Positions 20,890-23,314 of a stretch of DNA of 23,314 bases are shown here, piece after piece. The notes beneath the pieces are model-generated. The model was not told where the DNA came from. It saw nothing but the letters and a program-made list of their open reading frames with translations, and searched no databases. The DNA lies in NCBI GenBank assembly GCA_024626585.2, contig JANKJI020000002.1:148191179-148214492 (forward strand), written 5' to 3'. The stretch comes from Ginkgo biloba. Taxonomy: Eukaryota; Plantae; Ginkgophyta. The position numbers and the translations under genes were made by a program. How positions within the stretch are numbered: the first letter of the stretch is position 1; each line of letters begins with the position of its first letter.

Positions 20890-23314
20890 CATAGCTCCTC
20901 GGCCATTCCCTTTACCCAAATTACATAGATTTTTTGGTCTAAAGGAGAAGATCATGGGTGACATGTAGATGCTTTTGTAATATGATATGTAGATTTGTTA
21001 CAAGATGACTCGGTCCTGCTTGGATTATTTCCTATATCTCTTTCTAGTGAAGTAATAAAGTGTTATTATACCTTACCTAAGAGATCCATTTATATTTTTC
21101 AACAAATTATTGCTTGGTTAATTCAATACTTTACAATTTCTAAATTTTACAATATTAGTCTTAAAGCTTTAATGGATCTTAAACAGATAGAAAATCAATC
21201 CATTTCCTATCATGTTCATGATTTTAGGATAAAAGTGCTCAAATGTATAGCCCTTCTTGACCCTAAAAATTTACTCTGAATATTCATAAAGAATCTAAGA
21301 CTTGAAATTCATTTTAAAATTATTGAAAAAGAGTTGATTTCCTATGAGGATACAATATATAAGGCTCTTGGTTATGAGGACTATTTAATCCAATATGGTT
21401 TGGTTACCTCACTGAAGGAACAAAATATAATTTTTGACGAAATTGTTGGTCAGACACATAGATATATGGATACGAATGTTGTTTATAATGCTCATCTAAC
21501 TAACACCATTATTGAATTATGTTAGCTTATATACAACATGGGGTACCTTTACAACCTTATAATATACCCACCTATCTAAATCCAACTCCTAAAAAGGATA
21601 GGCTACCTTATTTATAGCCTACTCAACCTCCACTACAATTAGTCCCTCCTCAATATTTATAAAGATCGATCCAACAAAATCCTTTATCGATCCACCAAAA
21701 CCATAATAATAAAAATCAAAATAATCTCAAGCATAAACAAAATAATTGATGCCCATAAAATAATATGACTAATAAACCCATAAAAGATATTTTATAACAA
21801 TTGCCAATGGCATGGTAATCATTGGGATGATCAATGCCCTTCCTTTTTATGGTGTGCATATCATATAATCTATGGACATGATAAGACCAATTAACATAAT
21901 AACAGGTGTAATGTTATTATTGTTCAGTAAACTCATCACCATCAAAATAGTCCTAATAAACAATTAGAAATTTGTAATAATACTCTTACATAATAAAACT
22001 CAACATAAGGAGCCTAGATACTTTATTTAGAATCTTTACCATTTGATAATCTATCACTTAACAATAATCACTTGATGATTCAACTTTCAAATCAAATCCT
22101 TGGAACTAACCATGCTGCAATTCCTACTCGCGAAAATATTCAATTACCATATTCCATTCCCACATTAGTTCTATTGATCCATCTATCTAACCAATTTAAT
22201 ATAGCTAATAGTAAATGAAATAAATCCCCTTGTCATCTATAAATCTGGATAAACAAATTTTATATTTAGAAACTAGTCCCTTAAAAGTTGAGATATTAGT
22301 AATTACAAGACATCAAAGGCTAACTCAATAAAAATAATCCTAGTTAGATTCATAAACTAATTCGATATTAGAAGAAAATCCTAATTCCCAAAAGTAAACT
22401 CTAATTAAAAAGATCAATGAATTATTAAAAAGTCCACCAATAACAATTGAGAAACCATTGCTACAATAACAAAGGAAGATTTTCACTAAAACTATTCATC
22501 TAGATTTTAGTAACACTAATATTAAAACCTACTTCACAAAATTATTCTATCATCCAAGAGTTAGTTAACACTCAAGTCAACATTTTGTTGCTCAATTTGT
22601 TGAAAACATATCTAGAGCAATGGAAAAAAATTCTCAAATAATTAGGAATATTGGATACCCTAACCTCAAAACAAATGATAATCTTTGGCCTAATGAAATT
22701 AGACTCCTAATTGCTAAATAGATCCATTCAACAAGACCATTCTTTATAAATAACACTATTAAGGGTGTTAAGCTAGAGAAAAGTAATTTAGATGAAGGGT
22801 CAGCATTAAATATCATGCCACTCTTGACAATGAAGAAATTAAAATATGAGCAAGTTGTAATTAATTATTTGGAGTTGTCAAGGATTTAATTAGAAATATA
22901 ACATTCACTTGGGTTGAACTCAATATGGCATTACTTTCTAAACTAAGATAATTAATATTTATATTAAAGTAATAGACACTTTTTACTACTACCATTTACT
23001 ATTAGGTTGACCTTAGGTTAATAAAATATTTGGGTTTGCCTCATCCCTATCGGAGAATTCCAATATCTTCGTAATAATGAAGTGACGATCACAAAGCACT
23101 CTAAGTTTACTCCTCAGAGGTCAAATGTAGAAACTATTTCCCATATCAATACTAAGAAATTATATTTCTCTTATTTAGAATGCGGCTTGCACCAATTCCC
23201 ATTTTAAAATCTATCCCCTAAAGAAGACCAGAATAATTTAGGGGGAGCGCCTAAAGTTTATCATATAGAAAAATAATTAATAAATTAATTAGATTGATTC
23301 AAAGATGATGAAGT
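20890..23314 (+). mobile_element. Decayed Ty3/Gypsy (Tat/Ogre-like) gag-protease region
   Basis: Retrotrans_gag-like LFPISLSSEVIKCYYTLPKRSI...LMDLKQIENQSI (20995-21279) and FIKNLR...ISYEDTIYKALGYEDYLIQYG. Knuckle-like WCAYHIIYGHD at 21850. Aspartic protease LDEGSALNIMP at about 22788-22820 and YHLLLG*P* (LLGRPW) at 22990-23016. Confidence 0.85.

Overview
Eukaryotic (land plant) nuclear DNA from a gappy draft scaffold, not a prokaryotic locus. The centre (about 3584-14816, + strand) holds 23 recognisable exons or exon remnants of a full-size ABCG/PDR (pleiotropic drug resistance) ABC transporter in NBD1-TMD1-NBD2-TMD2 order, nearly all with canonical GT-AG boundaries. Several motifs recall the ABCG32/PEC1 cuticle-transporter clade. 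As assembled it is not one intact gene. The 5' part (3584-12672) is disabled by: an out-of-frame start ATG; an inferred 19-nt deletion that removes the NBD1 Walker A loop and shifts frame; about 160 codons missing where a Gypsy RNaseH-integrase fragment and a gap sit; a C>T-eroded exon remnant; and three in-frame stops. The 3' part (12853-14816) looks intact. It begins, just across a 100-N gap, with a second, about 80% identical copy of the NBD2 Walker A exon, so the locus is most likely two paralogues joined by scaffolding (less likely, mutually exclusive exons). The flanks are AT-rich, CpG-poor, decayed retrotransposon sequence: an accessory/PMD-like ORF at about 1861-2870 and a Tat/Ogre-like Gypsy gag-protease at about 20890-23314. 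I found no convincing new biological system. The best leads are the duplicated exon, an 86-nt duplicated splice acceptor, a sharp deamination boundary inside the pseudogene and a G-rich tandem repeat at the exon breakpoint. All alignments were done by eye against remembered family consensus; no searches were run.
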